DNA of 63,431 nt, filler included, from Alphaproteobacteria bacterium (GCA_024280495.1; 8 parts of 8 records of this genome joined end to end with filler, not necessarily neighbours in it); one strand, 5' to 3'. Numbered from the whole stretch's first letter, positions 42,357 to 53,051 are shown. Notes: a model not told the origin generated them from the sequence alone. Translations and numbers: made by a program.

Positions 42357-42944
42357 TTATTTTTGTTTTTTTTTCCGATTTTTACGGCGAATAAATTGAA
42401 GCGTAAAAAGAGGAATAAACAACAATAAGGCGAAAATGGTAGTTTTACCACCTCTTATGATCATATGGATGAAAATTCCCCATTCTGCGATATAAACTTT
42501 ATTATGTAATTTTTTCCATTTTGAAAATTTCATTTTTTTTAAAGCAAATTTATTACTAGTCAATGCTAGTGGAATAAAAACAAGAAGTGCGACGAGGCCA
42601 GGTAAAATAACAGGGTGAAACATCCATTTGAGTGTTGCCACAATGGATCCTTTTTTTATGGCGAAACAAATGAAATGTGTCAGGGCATAATTAAAGGAAG
42701 CAACGCCTATAATTCTGCGATGTTTATTGAGTTCCCTGAGTATTTTTGATGTGGGAAAATGTATGCGGAGGGGATTAATTAATAACAGTATAATAAAGAG
42801 GGTTAGCGCACTATAAGCAGTCCAAGAAGTTAGGGGTTTCCAAAATTTTGGGTCTTTAATTAAAAGGGAAACAAAGATAAATGCAGGGATATTTAATAAA
42901 ATCCAATTTTTATTTTTCTTGAATATTGATTTTAAATAAGACAT
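42357..42944 (-). CDS. MsrQ/YedZ-like ferric-reductase transmembrane protein
   Basis: RRIIGV..F.YA..H, LALTSN, WKKLH..VY......H. Confidence 0.8.
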   Translation of the reverse strand: MSYLKSIFKKNKNWILLNIPAFIFVSLLIKDPKFWKPLTSWTAYSALTLFIILLLINPLRIHFPTSKILRELNKHRRIIGVASFNYALTHFICFAIKKGSIVATLKWMFHPVILPGLVALLVFIPLALTSNKFALKKMKFSKWKKLHNKVYIAEWGIFIHMIIRGGKTTIFALLLFIPLFTLQFIRRKNRKKKQK

Positions 42945-43040
42945 TTGTTCATTTTGAGAAATTTTCTATTTACTTTTCATACTATTATCTATTAGTAATG
43001 TCAATATTTGATGGGGGAGCATGGACTTATTCATAACCAG

Positions 43041-43147
43041 TATAGTTATTCCAAAAAGGTTCCAGTCTAGGAGCGAGGGACCAATGCCTATAACTTATAG
43101 GTGCGGAAGTGATTGACGACGTCTGGAGCCTTTTTGGAATGACTATA
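43041..43147 (-). repeat. 107-bp palindromic MITE-like element (inverted relative to the 25333 copy)
   Basis: TATAGTTATTCCAAAAAGG...CCTTTTTGGAATGACTATA; the reverse complement aligns end to end with 25333-25439. Confidence 0.88.
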
Positions 43148-44938
43148 TTACGCAACTTTCTCTGCGGCTGAGTTTATTGGTTTGTTGGCTTCTTTATTGA
43201 AAGTATCGGCTACCTTCTGTCTTGTACTTCTGGGCATGTTGATAGAGAAAATGGTGCCTTTACCATGCTCACTGCTGAAACAAATGTTACCGCCCAACAT
43301 TTCAGTGAATTTTTTGGTAATAGTGAGGCCAAGTCCCGTACCGCCAAAATTCCTGGTGGTTGAACTGTCGGCCTGAGTAAAGGGTTGAAAAATCTTTTGC
43401 ATTCCCTCTGGAGTGAGGCCTATTCCCGTATCTATAATGCTAAAGGTAATGTGTTCACGATTTTGAATGGTGTTTGGTTCAATCTTAATGGTCACGGTCC
43501 CATCTTTTGTAAATTTACAGGCATTGCTGAGTAAATTAAAGACCATTTGGCGTAATTTTGTCAAATCTGAATACATTTCACCGATATCATCGGCAATCTC
43601 AAGGACGACTTTATTGTTATTTTTTTCTGCGGATGGATAAATGATATCCACCATACTTTGCGCAACATTTTGAATAGAAAAAGTCTCCAGATGAACAGTC
43701 ATTTTACCAGCCTCAAGCTTGGAAACATCCAAAATATCGTTAATTAAGGTCAAAAGGTGACGACCAGACGTATTTATTTTTTTGAGGTCTCCAAGCATCA
43801 TATCATCCCCTTCCTCTTCTTCCACTTCTTCTATGAGCATATCACTATAGCCGATAATGGCATTCAGGGGGGTTCGAAGTTCGTGACTCATGGTAGCAAG
43901 AAATGTGGACTTTGTCTGATTAGCCGTTTCAGCAGCAGCAACGGCATTGGCTAGCTCTTGTTCGCGCCTTGCCTCCCGCGAGACATCCGTTGCAAAAATA
44001 TAAAAACCTATAATGGATTTTTTAACACCGTCGGAATAAGCAGGAACTATAACCATCTGAACGTAAACTGTTTTATTTTCTAAATTGAGCAACTCTAGGG
44101 TTAATTTATCTTTCGTAAGGTCAGAATTTTTTTTCTCAAATGTATTAAATATTTTTTGAAGTTTTTTCTGATCACGTTCGTTAAAAAATTCATAAATGGA
44201 TTTATATTGTAGAACATGTGACGGAGCACCCACAATTTTCACGTAGGGATCATTGACCTGTTGATGAAAGCCATTTTTGTTGATGAAAGCCACTCCGTTG
44301 ACGGCATTTTCAAGGGCGCTTACAAGATTTCTGTATTCTGATTCTTTGTTTTTTTGATCAGTTATATCAAAGAAATGCCCCGTTAGATAAAGTTCTTTTG
44401 TTTGGGGAGAACGAACTGCTTTTGCCCGTTCATGCATCCACCTGATGGTACCATTGGCATGTATAATACGGTAATCTAAAAAGTATTCATGATTAGCCTT
44501 TGGTTTAAGTCCGATTATTTTTTCCACTTTAAGAATATCTTCTGGATGAACTATTTCAATGTATCTTTTGGAATGATTTAAAAAATCTTTGGGATTATAA
44601 CCCGTTATAGTCTGGAATTGCTCACTAAGGTAATTCATACGCCAGTTTCGATTAGGGTGGCAGCGGAAAATGACACCAGGGGCATTTTGAATAAGGGTTC
44701 GAAATTTTTGTTCTTGGCGAAATAAATTGGTAGTCATGCGACTGGCCAAATCAAGTGCGCGTTGTCGCATGGTCAAAAGAGACCATATAAATCCTACCAT
44801 CAAAAGAGAAACAAATAGCCCCATGGCAAAAATATAGAAAGCAGAAAGGGGAATGAGAAATTTACCGCCATAGATGGTGATGCCGTTATAAAGGTAATGG
44901 GTTCTTATGGTAAATTTTAAAGCTCCAATGCTTTTCAA
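43148..44938 (-). CDS. PAS-domain sensor histidine kinase (5'-truncated)
   Basis: TM helix, PAS domains, FLATMSHELRTPLNAIIG, NLLSNACKFT, DTGIG, GGTGLGL. Confidence 0.93.
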   Translation of the reverse strand: MKSIGALKFTIRTHYLYNGITIYGGKFLIPLSAFYIFAMGLFVSLLMVGFIWSLLTMRQRALDLASRMTTNLFRQEQKFRTLIQNAPGVIFRCHPNRNWRMNYLSEQFQTITGYNPKDFLNHSKRYIEIVHPEDILKVEKIIGLKPKANHEYFLDYRIIHANGTIRWMHERAKAVRSPQTKELYLTGHFFDITDQKNKESEYRNLVSALENAVNGVAFINKNGFHQQVNDPYVKIVGAPSHVLQYKSIYEFFNERDQKKLQKIFNTFEKKNSDLTKDKLTLELLNLENKTVYVQMVIVPAYSDGVKKSIIGFYIFATDVSREARREQELANAVAAAETANQTKSTFLATMSHELRTPLNAIIGYSDMLIEEVEEEEGDDMMLGDLKKINTSGRHLLTLINDILDVSKLEAGKMTVHLETFSIQNVAQSMVDIIYPSAEKNNNKVVLEIADDIGEMYSDLTKLRQMVFNLLSNACKFTKDGTVTIKIEPNTIQNREHITFSIIDTGIGLTPEGMQKIFQPFTQADSSTTRNFGGTGLGLTITKKFTEMLGGNICFSSEHGKGTIFSINMPRSTRQKVADTFNKEANKPINSAAEKVA

Positions 44939-45038
44939 NNNNNNNNNNNNNNNNNNNNNNNNNNNNNNNNNNNNNNNNNNNNTTAATTAATTAANNNNNN
45001 NNNNNNNNNNNNNNNNNNNNNNNNNNNNNNNNNNNNNN
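44939..45038. other. artificial contig spacer
   Basis: N-run + TTAATTAATTAA + N-run. Confidence 0.99.
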
Positions 45039-45081
45039 GAGAGATGGCTATTTTAATGGCAAGCGTTTATTAGACGGGAAG

Positions 45082-45948
45082 ATGTATTATGGGGTCGCGA
45101 AGGTCAATATTCCGTTTACGCATAAAAAGGGACAGATGGAACTACCTTGGATGGGTATTAAATCTTGGCAAAATGAAAAACAGCATATTTATATCCGCAA
45201 GCTAGATGATTTGAACGAAAACAATTTCTTTTCATCTATTGCCGCGAAACCAACATGGAAGGGCAGTGAAAAGGATTTACTGGTGTATGTGCATGGTTTT
45301 AATGTTGATTTTAATGAAGCCATTTTAAGGGCGGGGCAAATTGCTTTTGATTTTGGTTTTTCTGGCACACCGATTGCTTTTTCATGGCCATCAGAAGGAC
45401 AAACCACCTCATATAATCTTGATAGAGCAGATGCCCTTTATAGTGCCAAATATTTAGAGTTGTTTTTAGAAAAATTAAGTGCCAAAAACCCAGGTCGTAA
45501 GATACATATCATTGCGCATTCTATGGGTAACCAAGCACTGTTGCATGGGCTGAGACTGATGGCTTATAAAAATAAAAAGCAACGCTTTTTTTCCGTTATT
45601 TTAGCCGCGCCAGATTTTGATGCGGAGCTGTTTACGCAGCAAATTTCGAAAGAAATCCAGTCTTTGGCTCAAAACTGGACGATCTACACGTCCAATAAAG
45701 ATTCGGCCTTATGGGCTTCTGAGAATTTTAATGCCGTGAAGCGTTTAGGTACACCGTTAAGTGTTGTTGAGGGATACCAAATTATTGATGCTTCTGAGTT
45801 AGAAGTGACGCCATGGAATTTAGCTGAAAATCATTCATATTATGCCACTAAAAAAATAATCTTAGATGATATGATTAAGGTACTAAGAGGTGTACTTCCC
45901 GCAGAGCGTGGTTTGGTTGCGATGGGGTCTGCTTGGAAATTTAAGTAA
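45082..45948 (+). CDS. alpha/beta hydrolase, DUF900 family (probably 5'-truncated)
   Basis: YVHGFN, FSWPS, IAHSMG nucleophile motif, LAAPD, HSYY. Confidence 0.88.
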   Translation: MYYGVAKVNIPFTHKKGQMELPWMGIKSWQNEKQHIYIRKLDDLNENNFFSSIAAKPTWKGSEKDLLVYVHGFNVDFNEAILRAGQIAFDFGFSGTPIAFSWPSEGQTTSYNLDRADALYSAKYLELFLEKLSAKNPGRKIHIIAHSMGNQALLHGLRLMAYKNKKQRFFSVILAAPDFDAELFTQQISKEIQSLAQNWTIYTSNKDSALWASENFNAVKRLGTPLSVVEGYQIIDASELEVTPWNLAENHSYYATKKIILDDMIKVLRGVLPAERGLVAMGSAWKFK

Positions 45949-46294
45949 GAGATATTTGATGAGAGGTGTTGGTCGGTTATTTAAAAGGCGAAAGGGGATT
46001 TTAAAAATAGTTTGGTTAAAATACAATATGATTATCATTTTAGACAAAATTCTAAGGTAGAGATAAAAGAAACAAAGAAGATATTTATGCGACTTTGGCT
46101 TGAAATATAGGGTTTTAGGCGTATATATTGATCAAAATGCCTATATTTAAGTGGTTGGTGACTATGGCAATTTTATGAGATTAACTTATGAAGTTTTGCC
46201 ATGAACATACTGTCTTATGCAGATTATCTGAGGTTTTAAGTCTTTTAAATTTTTAAAAGCTTGGCGGTTTGGGCTGGAAAAAGGGATGTTTTAA

Positions 46295-48171
46295 GTGAAT
46301 AATTTTCTTTTAGCCATTGCAGGGCTGATTATATCAGTTTTTGCGGCTGCTTTTGCGATACCTTATTTTGTCAATTGGAATGATTATCGCCCAGAAATAG
46401 AATCTCAAATATCATCTCTTATAGGTCGAGACATGAAGGTGGATGGCGGTATTGAAATTCGCCTTTTGCCACGCCCCTTCATACGGTTACAAAAAGTGCG
46501 CGTGCTTGATACCTTTCCTGGAAGCAAAAAGCCTTTTGTTGAAATTGAAAAATTTACCCTTTGGTTGTCAGCGCCTGCGCTTTTGAGCGGACAAATTTCA
46601 GCTCAAAAACTGAAGCTCATGAATCCTGTGGTTAATCTTGTTGTTGATGGGCGTGGACGTGGAAACTGGGAAGAATTTAACCAAAAAAATACCGCGCAAT
46701 CTGGGGTGAATATTCAAGATATTAAGCTGCAAGATGTTGCGATTGAAAAGGGACGGATCATTGTTCATTCGTTGGTGGATAAAGGTAATGAAATTTTCAA
46801 AACGCCAGCTGTCAGCGGTGCTTTATCTGCACCTTCTTTATCAGGCCCTTATAAATTTAAAGGTCATCTTGAGACCAAATCGGGTGCGCGTAATGCGTTA
46901 AATTTTTCGACAGGACGCAATGACAAAGTAAAAGGTATGCGGGTAACGGCCTTTTTACAAAATGCGCTTAAAAATGCGACCTATCGTGTGGATAGTGTGA
47001 TCAAAGCAGAAAATGGTGGGAAACTTTCCTATCAAGGGAAGATGATTGCTAAAATTCCTTTTGAATCTTTGTTTAAGTCTGGAAAGACTTTGGCTACGCC
47101 GCGTAAAAATAAAACCAAAGAACCTCTTGAGATTGTAGCTGATCTTGACGGTACAGCCACACGGGCTAAGTTAAAGAATATTACGTTTTCTCTTGTGCGC
47201 AAAAACAGACCTCAAGCTTTCAAAGGTGCGGTTCAGTTAGATTGGTCGCAAGGTGATTTGCAAGCGGTTGGTAGCTTTAATGCGCGGTCACTTGATTTTG
47301 ATCTTATGGGATCTGACGTTGGTGAAAAATTCAATGTAAGCCGTCTATTAGCCGACTTGCCTCAGCATATTTATGATTTTGGCAATGTGTTTCATCGTGC
47401 CGATTTTGTCGTCCAACTTGAGCAAATTCAAGTTGGCGGTGAAATAATCCGAAATTTAGAAGGGTCGCTCCAAAAGACGTTAACAGAGTTAACCATCTCA
47501 AATTTGACGGCAAAGTTACCTGCGGCCAGTTATCTGTCGTTGTCTGGTAAGATTGAAAAAGAAGCCACAAAAAGCGTTACTTTTTCGGGGCCACTGCTTA
47601 TTCAAGGGCAAAATGTGGGGCGTTTTCAAAACTGGATCATATCCCAAAAAGAAAAAGACGGTTTGAATAAACCTTTTATCTTTGCATCAGAGGTCATTGC
47701 AGGAAAAGGCCAAGTAAAATTTACAGATATTGAGGCTGATCTTGCGGGCAATGTGATTGCAGGTGAAGTCCATCAACACTCTGAAAATAATGAGCCTCTT
47801 ATGGTAAAATTAGATCTTGTGAACCTAAATATTGCCGAACTTTTTGGGGAAGAAATTTCTTTGAAAAGTCTTGTTCAAAAGCAAGGAAATGCTGAAGGTG
47901 ATCGTTTTCGGTTGCCTTTGCTTCAAAATATGTCGCTTTCCGATTTAGAACAGCAAAAAGCTAAAATTTCTATACGGGTAGGGCAGCTTACGCTTACGGA
48001 CACAGTTTTAAATGATTTTCGAATCCAACTGGATTTTGGCCAAAAAAACAAACGCCTGAAAGAGTTTTCTTTTATTTCTAAAGAGGGCTTGAAGGTGGTG
48101 TTAGACGGTGCTTTACCGTCAAAACAGATGCCTGTTGGGCATAAGCTTAATTTACGGATAGAAACGCTTCA
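46295..48171 (+). CDS. AsmA family protein (3'-truncated)
   Basis: N-terminal anchor, PYFVNWNDYR..IE...S..IGR...V.G, RLLPRP, G..NW. Confidence 0.85.
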
Positions 48172-48271
48172 NNNNNNNNNNNNNNNNNNNNNNNNNNNNN
48201 NNNNNNNNNNNNNNNTTAATTAATTAANNNNNNNNNNNNNNNNNNNNNNNNNNNNNNNNNNNNNNNNNNNN
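48172..48271. other. artificial contig spacer
   Basis: N-run + TTAATTAATTAA + N-run. Confidence 0.99.
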
Positions 48272-49117
48272 AAACAAGGGGAAGAAACAGGACACTATCA
48301 AGAGAGTTGCCAACAAATAATCAGTCTTTTAAAGTGGCAAATAGATTTAAAATCAAAGATGCGGAAATCAGCGACCTACCCTTCAATGCTCATTATCATG
48401 AGTCTTGCCCTTTTGAATTTTCTCGTTCTTTATGTCGTTCCCCAACTGATTTCTCTCTTTCACCTAAGCGGCCACGCCCCTCCCCCTGAAACACAATTAT
48501 TGTTAGACATCATTTCTGTTTTACCAAGCATTCTTATTTTCCTTTTTGTGACCCTCATATGTCCACTTTTTTTCATGGGCCTATTTGTTTTCTTTTCCCC
48601 CACCACCAAAACAAAGGGCGGCTTCAATAAAAACATCGCCCATATCATTGCAAAGAGCTTATTCAAGTGGCCTCTGTTTGGGCCTCTTTTAAAGCAGAGA
48701 GCCTATTTGCAGTTCTTCAAACCCCTTGCTCTCTTGAGAAAACAAAATAAAACACCTCTTCTAGAAAGCCTTTCTTTTGCAACTGAAAGTCTCTCTCCCA
48801 AAATAACCCAGCTTCTTTTCCTACCCATCAAAAATGATATCCAATCAGGCATAAGCCTGAGCCGTAGCCTTGAAAAAAACCTCCAATTTAAGGGTTTTCT
48901 TTTGGATATTTTAAAAACAGGTGAAGAATCAAGTCAGCTTGATAAGGCATTTTCCCACATAAGCCTCCTCCTAGAAAACAGGTTAGAAACGACCCTTAAA
49001 CAAGTTATTTCAAAAATATCACCAACTCTTATGCTTCTTGTGGGCAGTATTCTTTTATTTATTATTTGGAGTATTATTTTGCCCCTTTATAGCCATATTG
49101 GAGGTATGGACATATGA
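48272..49117 (+). CDS. type II secretion F / PilC-family platform protein (5'-truncated, possibly frameshifted near the contig edge)
   Basis: TYP, YVVPQ, P..TQ.L, PLFG, G.SLS, TGEES..L, LPLY. A second GEETG motif lies just upstream at the contig start. Confidence 0.8.
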   Translation, partial: KQGEETGHYQESCQQIISLLKWQIDLKSKMRKSATYPSMLIIMSLALLNFLVLYVVPQLISLFHLSGHAPPPETQLLLDIISVLPSILIFLFVTLICPLFFMGLFVFFSPTTKTKGGFNKNIAHIIAKSLFKWPLFGPLLKQRAYLQFFKPLALLRKQNKTPLLESLSFATESLSPKITQLLFLPIKNDIQSGISLSRSLEKNLQFKGFLLDILKTGEESSQLDKAFSHISLLLENRLETTLKQVISKISPTLMLLVGSILLFIIWSIILPLYSHIGGMDI

Positions 49118-50370
49118 GTAAAAATCACAAAGGTACTTTTATCTCCTTCCTCATCATTGAAGATCAAGGTGCCCGTTTCATATCATCAGAACTTGACCTT
49201 TTTTTGAAAGAGTCAAAAGACCTCTTGCTTATCCCAATAAAACATCCCCTTACGGTTATTATTGATAGTGCCGATACGGATTTTCAATCAGAACCCCTCC
49301 CCTCGTTGAATTGGATTGAGCAAAAAGAACTTTTAAAAATTCGAAAACAACAAGCATGCTCAAAAGAAGATTATCAAAGCGTTTTATTCGCACGAGGAAC
49401 GGCTTCAAAACCTGCGTCCCTAACCACTGCAACTGTTAAAAAAAACACGTCTCTCTTTCGTTGGATTAAGCAATTGCGCCACTTGGATTTGAGCATTGAA
49501 CTCATTACTTTTTCTGCATTCTTTGATGTGCTAGAAACGGGAACATTTTCTCACACTTACACAGAAACACCTTCTTCTAGAAATCTTATGCGTCACACTC
49601 TCCATAACCATGGTGCTGTTATTTTGTCACGTTTTTCAAAAAATGCTGATAAAGACGTGGAAAAGATGTACCAAGAAAACATCTCTTATGCAGAGCGCAC
49701 TTTTGGCCTTAAATCCAATGATATAAAGCGCCATAAAAATGAAGTGCCTTTTCATAAAGGACCTGATTTTTCTCAACGAATCACCTACCTTAAAACCAAT
49801 ACAGTCTCACAAAGAATCCAGTCAAAGAAACACCTTGATATAAGTCTTAAAAAAACCTTTGTTCCTTGGCTTAAGAAAATATTTTTCCTGAATAGGATTC
49901 ATTTGAAACGCATATTCAAAGCAAGCCTCATTACTTTTGCAGTTTTTTTCACCCAGGAAAGCTGGCAATTACTGGAATCTTATTTAACCCTCAATAACCT
50001 TGAACGACATCACGGAAACCTCCAGAAAAAATTATCAGCGGCCAGACCTTCTGATCAACCCGTTAATATTGATTTCCTTGCCTTTCGTGTTCAAAACAAT
50101 ACCTTGCCTTTAAAGATTTTAAAAAAATTGCCCCCCACAAAAAATCTTCAGAAGATTTCCTGGAAACAACAAGGCTCCACCATAGGAAGTACCCTTTCAT
50201 TAACCTTCAAAAAGACAATAGATATGGAAATAGCAACGAAAATAAAGAACTTAGAAAAAAATCTCGGTGGGACAGCGACTGTGGAATACCCCCTGGACAA
50301 AAGCGTCTGTTTTTCATGTCAAATTCCCAACACGAGCGCGCCTCAAAACCACAATGAAAAACAAGGTTAA
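49114..50370 (+). CDS. hypothetical protein, possibly PilM/PilN or GspL-like
   Basis: Coupled to the GspF-like gene; cytoplasmic domain, one TM, coiled coil, small periplasmic domain. Confidence 0.45.
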   Translation: MSKNHKGTFISFLIIEDQGARFISSELDLFLKESKDLLLIPIKHPLTVIIDSADTDFQSEPLPSLNWIEQKELLKIRKQQACSKEDYQSVLFARGTASKPASLTTATVKKNTSLFRWIKQLRHLDLSIELITFSAFFDVLETGTFSHTYTETPSSRNLMRHTLHNHGAVILSRFSKNADKDVEKMYQENISYAERTFGLKSNDIKRHKNEVPFHKGPDFSQRITYLKTNTVSQRIQSKKHLDISLKKTFVPWLKKIFFLNRIHLKRIFKASLITFAVFFTQESWQLLESYLTLNNLERHHGNLQKKLSAARPSDQPVNIDFLAFRVQNNTLPLKILKKLPPTKNLQKISWKQQGSTIGSTLSLTFKKTIDMEIATKIKNLEKNLGGTATVEYPLDKSVCFSCQIPNTSAPQNHNEKQG

Positions 50371-51242
50371 TGCCCCCCATGAACAAATATATAAAACTCA
50401 TCTACCTCAATTTGAGTATGTTTTTTATCGCCATAACGGTTTTTTATGGCTTTGAATTATTGTATGCAAAAATAGATGAAAACCGTGAAAAATCTCAACT
50501 TATCCAAGAAACACTCAATGCCCTCATGAACCAAGATGTCATTCAACCCTTTTTAGATTCACCCCTTGGCACCCCTCTAAGCGTCCCCTTTAATAAAAAT
50601 AAACGGGGGAAAAAAGAAAAAAACCAAGTGCGAAATACCTTGAATTTTTCTTTGGAAAAACACCATGTGCGTCTTATATCTCTTGTGGAAGAAAAAAACA
50701 AACCAGCTAGACCTTACAAGACTTATATTTGCACTTTAGAAGCTGAACTTGATACGGACATTACAGATTTTCTAAAGGAAATTAATAAAAATCATCAAGG
50801 ATATATTGCCATTCAAGAGATCAGCCTTCAGCGCCACAAAAACATCATTACCTCAACGGTTAATCTTAAAAGTTATATGGCTCCAAAAGTTGAAGAAATA
50901 GCGAAACAAACAAACACACTGAAAAACATAAACACTCCTGAAAATCTTTTTTTTACAAAAAAAAATTCTCAAACTATTTTGAAAGAACGCCATGATCGTT
51001 TATTAAAATCAGGAGCCTGTCTTCAATGCACGGGGTTCTTCTATATCAATGAAAATAAATGGAGTGCCTGGGTTAATGGCAATAAAATCACCGCGACAAC
51101 TGGTAATTTACCTAAAAATTTACATATAAAAAAAGTGACACCAGAAGGCCTTTATGTGAACTGGACGTCAAAAAATGAAATATATGATATCCTCTTGAAA
51201 AATACTGAAAGATATGATCCCTATGGTCGAAAAATTCATTAA
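50370..51242 (+). CDS. hypothetical protein, possibly PilO/PilP-like
   Basis: N-terminal TM; C-terminal G..Y.....W.AWVNG segment; same operon. Confidence 0.4.
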   Translation: MPPMNKYIKLIYLNLSMFFIAITVFYGFELLYAKIDENREKSQLIQETLNALMNQDVIQPFLDSPLGTPLSVPFNKNKRGKKEKNQVRNTLNFSLEKHHVRLISLVEEKNKPARPYKTYICTLEAELDTDITDFLKEINKNHQGYIAIQEISLQRHKNIITSTVNLKSYMAPKVEEIAKQTNTLKNINTPENLFFTKKNSQTILKERHDRLLKSGACLQCTGFFYINENKWSAWVNGNKITATTGNLPKNLHIKKVTPEGLYVNWTSKNEIYDILLKNTERYDPYGRKIH

Positions 51243-51843
51243 GAAAGCAGATAATAATTTTCTACTTCAGACAAAGTCTCTAGTTTTAATTCAAGGAAAA
51301 AAACATCTTATTGATATACCTGATATAAACATTAATCCAGGTGAATGCCATGTCATTTTGGGACTTAATGGCGTTGGAAAATCCACTTTATTAAAAGACA
51401 TCATGACCTTGCACCATCATTATAAGGGAGAAATCATAAGACTCCATCCCCCCCATAAACTCTGTGCCTATTTACCTGAAATTTTTCAAATATCACCCGC
51501 TATTACTGGAAAAGATTTCATTAATCTCTTTAAAAAAGAATATAACCTTAAAGTTATGGCATTTCTCCAAGAGAAATTGAATTTATCTGCTCCGATTCTT
51601 TCTATGCCCCTCAGGAAATATTCTAAAGGCATGATTCAAAAGCTGGGGTTATTGCATTTTTTCTGCTTTAACCGCCCCTTAAAAATCGCTGATGAAATCA
51701 TGTCTGGCCTTGATGAAAAAACACGTCCTCTCGTTATTGATGAAATCCACCGCCAATGCGAAAAAGGGATCTCTTTTCTTATAACCACCCACCACCGAAG
51801 TGACATTTCCCATTTATCACACCAATTGATTGAGATCCGTTAA
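51214..51843 (+). CDS. ABC transporter ATP-binding protein
   Basis: GLNGVGKST, YSKGM signature, ADE.MSGLD, TTH. Confidence 0.88.
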   Translation: MIPMVEKFIKKADNNFLLQTKSLVLIQGKKHLIDIPDININPGECHVILGLNGVGKSTLLKDIMTLHHHYKGEIIRLHPPHKLCAYLPEIFQISPAITGKDFINLFKKEYNLKVMAFLQEKLNLSAPILSMPLRKYSKGMIQKLGLLHFFCFNRPLKIADEIMSGLDEKTRPLVIDEIHRQCEKGISFLITTHHRSDISHLSHQLIEIR

Positions 51844-51870
51844 AAAATTCAACCTCAGTCATTTGGAAAA

Positions 51871-52293
51871 TTACGACGCTTTATTAAGGATAATGTATTC
51901 ATATTCCAATTCATAAATACGAGCATCCAATTGGCCTTTTTTTTCATTGGATTGCCAATGCAAAACACGCAAATTTTCAATATCATCATTTTTAGATGAT
52001 GATTTTTTACTGTTAATGGGACAAATATGATCAATCTCCCAACCATAGTCAGAAGCCTCACCAAATTTATCGAAGGAAACCATATGACCATAAGAATCAA
52101 GAATATAGGATCCTGACTTGATCTTTGATGAAACGGTTTTGCTTAGCAAATGGAGCAATGGATGAGATTCAAAAATTTTCTGTGATTTTTCCCAAACGGC
52201 TTTAATTTGAGCATCCGTAAAAGGCTCACCTGAACTCTGGACATTACGTTGACATTTCTTTCCTGTTGTTTTTGCAAAGTCAGTAACAGACAT
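51871..52293 (-). CDS. HNH endonuclease
   Basis: GWEIDHICP...DDIENLRVLHWQSNEKK. Confidence 0.8.
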   Translation of the reverse strand: MSVTDFAKTTGKKCQRNVQSSGEPFTDAQIKAVWEKSQKIFESHPLLHLLSKTVSSKIKSGSYILDSYGHMVSFDKFGEASDYGWEIDHICPINSKKSSSKNDDIENLRVLHWQSNEKKGQLDARIYELEYEYIILNKAS

Positions 52294-52513
52294 ATAATGA
52301 TCTCCCTGTTTAAATCTATTTTATAGGGTTTTATCTTTATATATTTTTTATTGCTTTGCATTCTACCTATTCAAACAGGCCCTGTTAATCGCATCACATT
52401 ATATAAAAATTCAATTACCTATAATTTCAGTGTATTAGAGGAATTCAAAATCGTATAGAAAAAAATGAAAAATATTTATTTATGGAAGAGTTTATAGTCA
52501 AGTTTTAGATAAG

Positions 52514-52588
52514 TGGTGCCGCAGAGAAGAATCGAACTTCCGACCTCACCCTTACCAAGGGTGCGCTCTACCCCTGAGCTACTGCGGC
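52514..52588 (-). tRNA. tRNA-Thr(GGT)
   Basis: Minus strand GCCGCAGTAGCTCAGGGGTAGAGCGCACCCTTGGTAAGGGTGAGGTCGGAAGTTCGATTCTTCTCTGCGGCACCA. Confidence 0.96.
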
Positions 52589-52679
52589 ATTGACAAAGTA
52601 TCCAAAAATAAGATACACCATTTTTATAGGATAAATTTTCCCTTGGATCAAGGATCTTTTCAAAAAGGGAACAAAAAAG

Positions 52680-52940
52680 ATGGGTAACGAAAAAATGGGT
52701 AACGAAAAAGTAATTGATAAATTAATCTCTCAAAAAAAAGATCCCTCTCAACTTCCCCTTCAAAATCCTAACCATAAATTGACCCCGAAAGAGTACGAAG
52801 CCATGAAAAAAAAACGCAAACTTGAAGCTCTGAAAAAGCAAGCGACCATTGAGAAAAAACGACTGGATGATCGAGCAAAAGCTTTGCGCGCTAACCTTTT
52901 ACAACGCAAATCTCAGAAAAAAACCCGAGAGCAGAAATAG
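52680..52940 (+). CDS. small basic hypothetical protein
   Basis: C-terminal RAKALRANLLQRKSQ resembles a small alphaproteobacterial protein found beside tRNA-Thr; begins with a 2 x 15-bp repeat ATGGGTAACGAAAAA. Confidence 0.55.
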   Translation: MGNEKMGNEKVIDKLISQKKDPSQLPLQNPNHKLTPKEYEAMKKKRKLEALKKQATIEKKRLDDRAKALRANLLQRKSQKKTREQK

Positions 52941-53051
52941 AGAACTGCAATAAAGAATTTTTAAAAACACCTTAGACTTTGCCGCTTTGTTTCAACATAA
53001 AGCCCCACATCACGCGAGGCTTTTATAATTAATGACTACTTTAACAAGAAA

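Noticed and set aside
52680..52709. 15-bp tandem repeat giving MGNEK twice
   Set aside because: A simple slippage duplication with no evidence of function.
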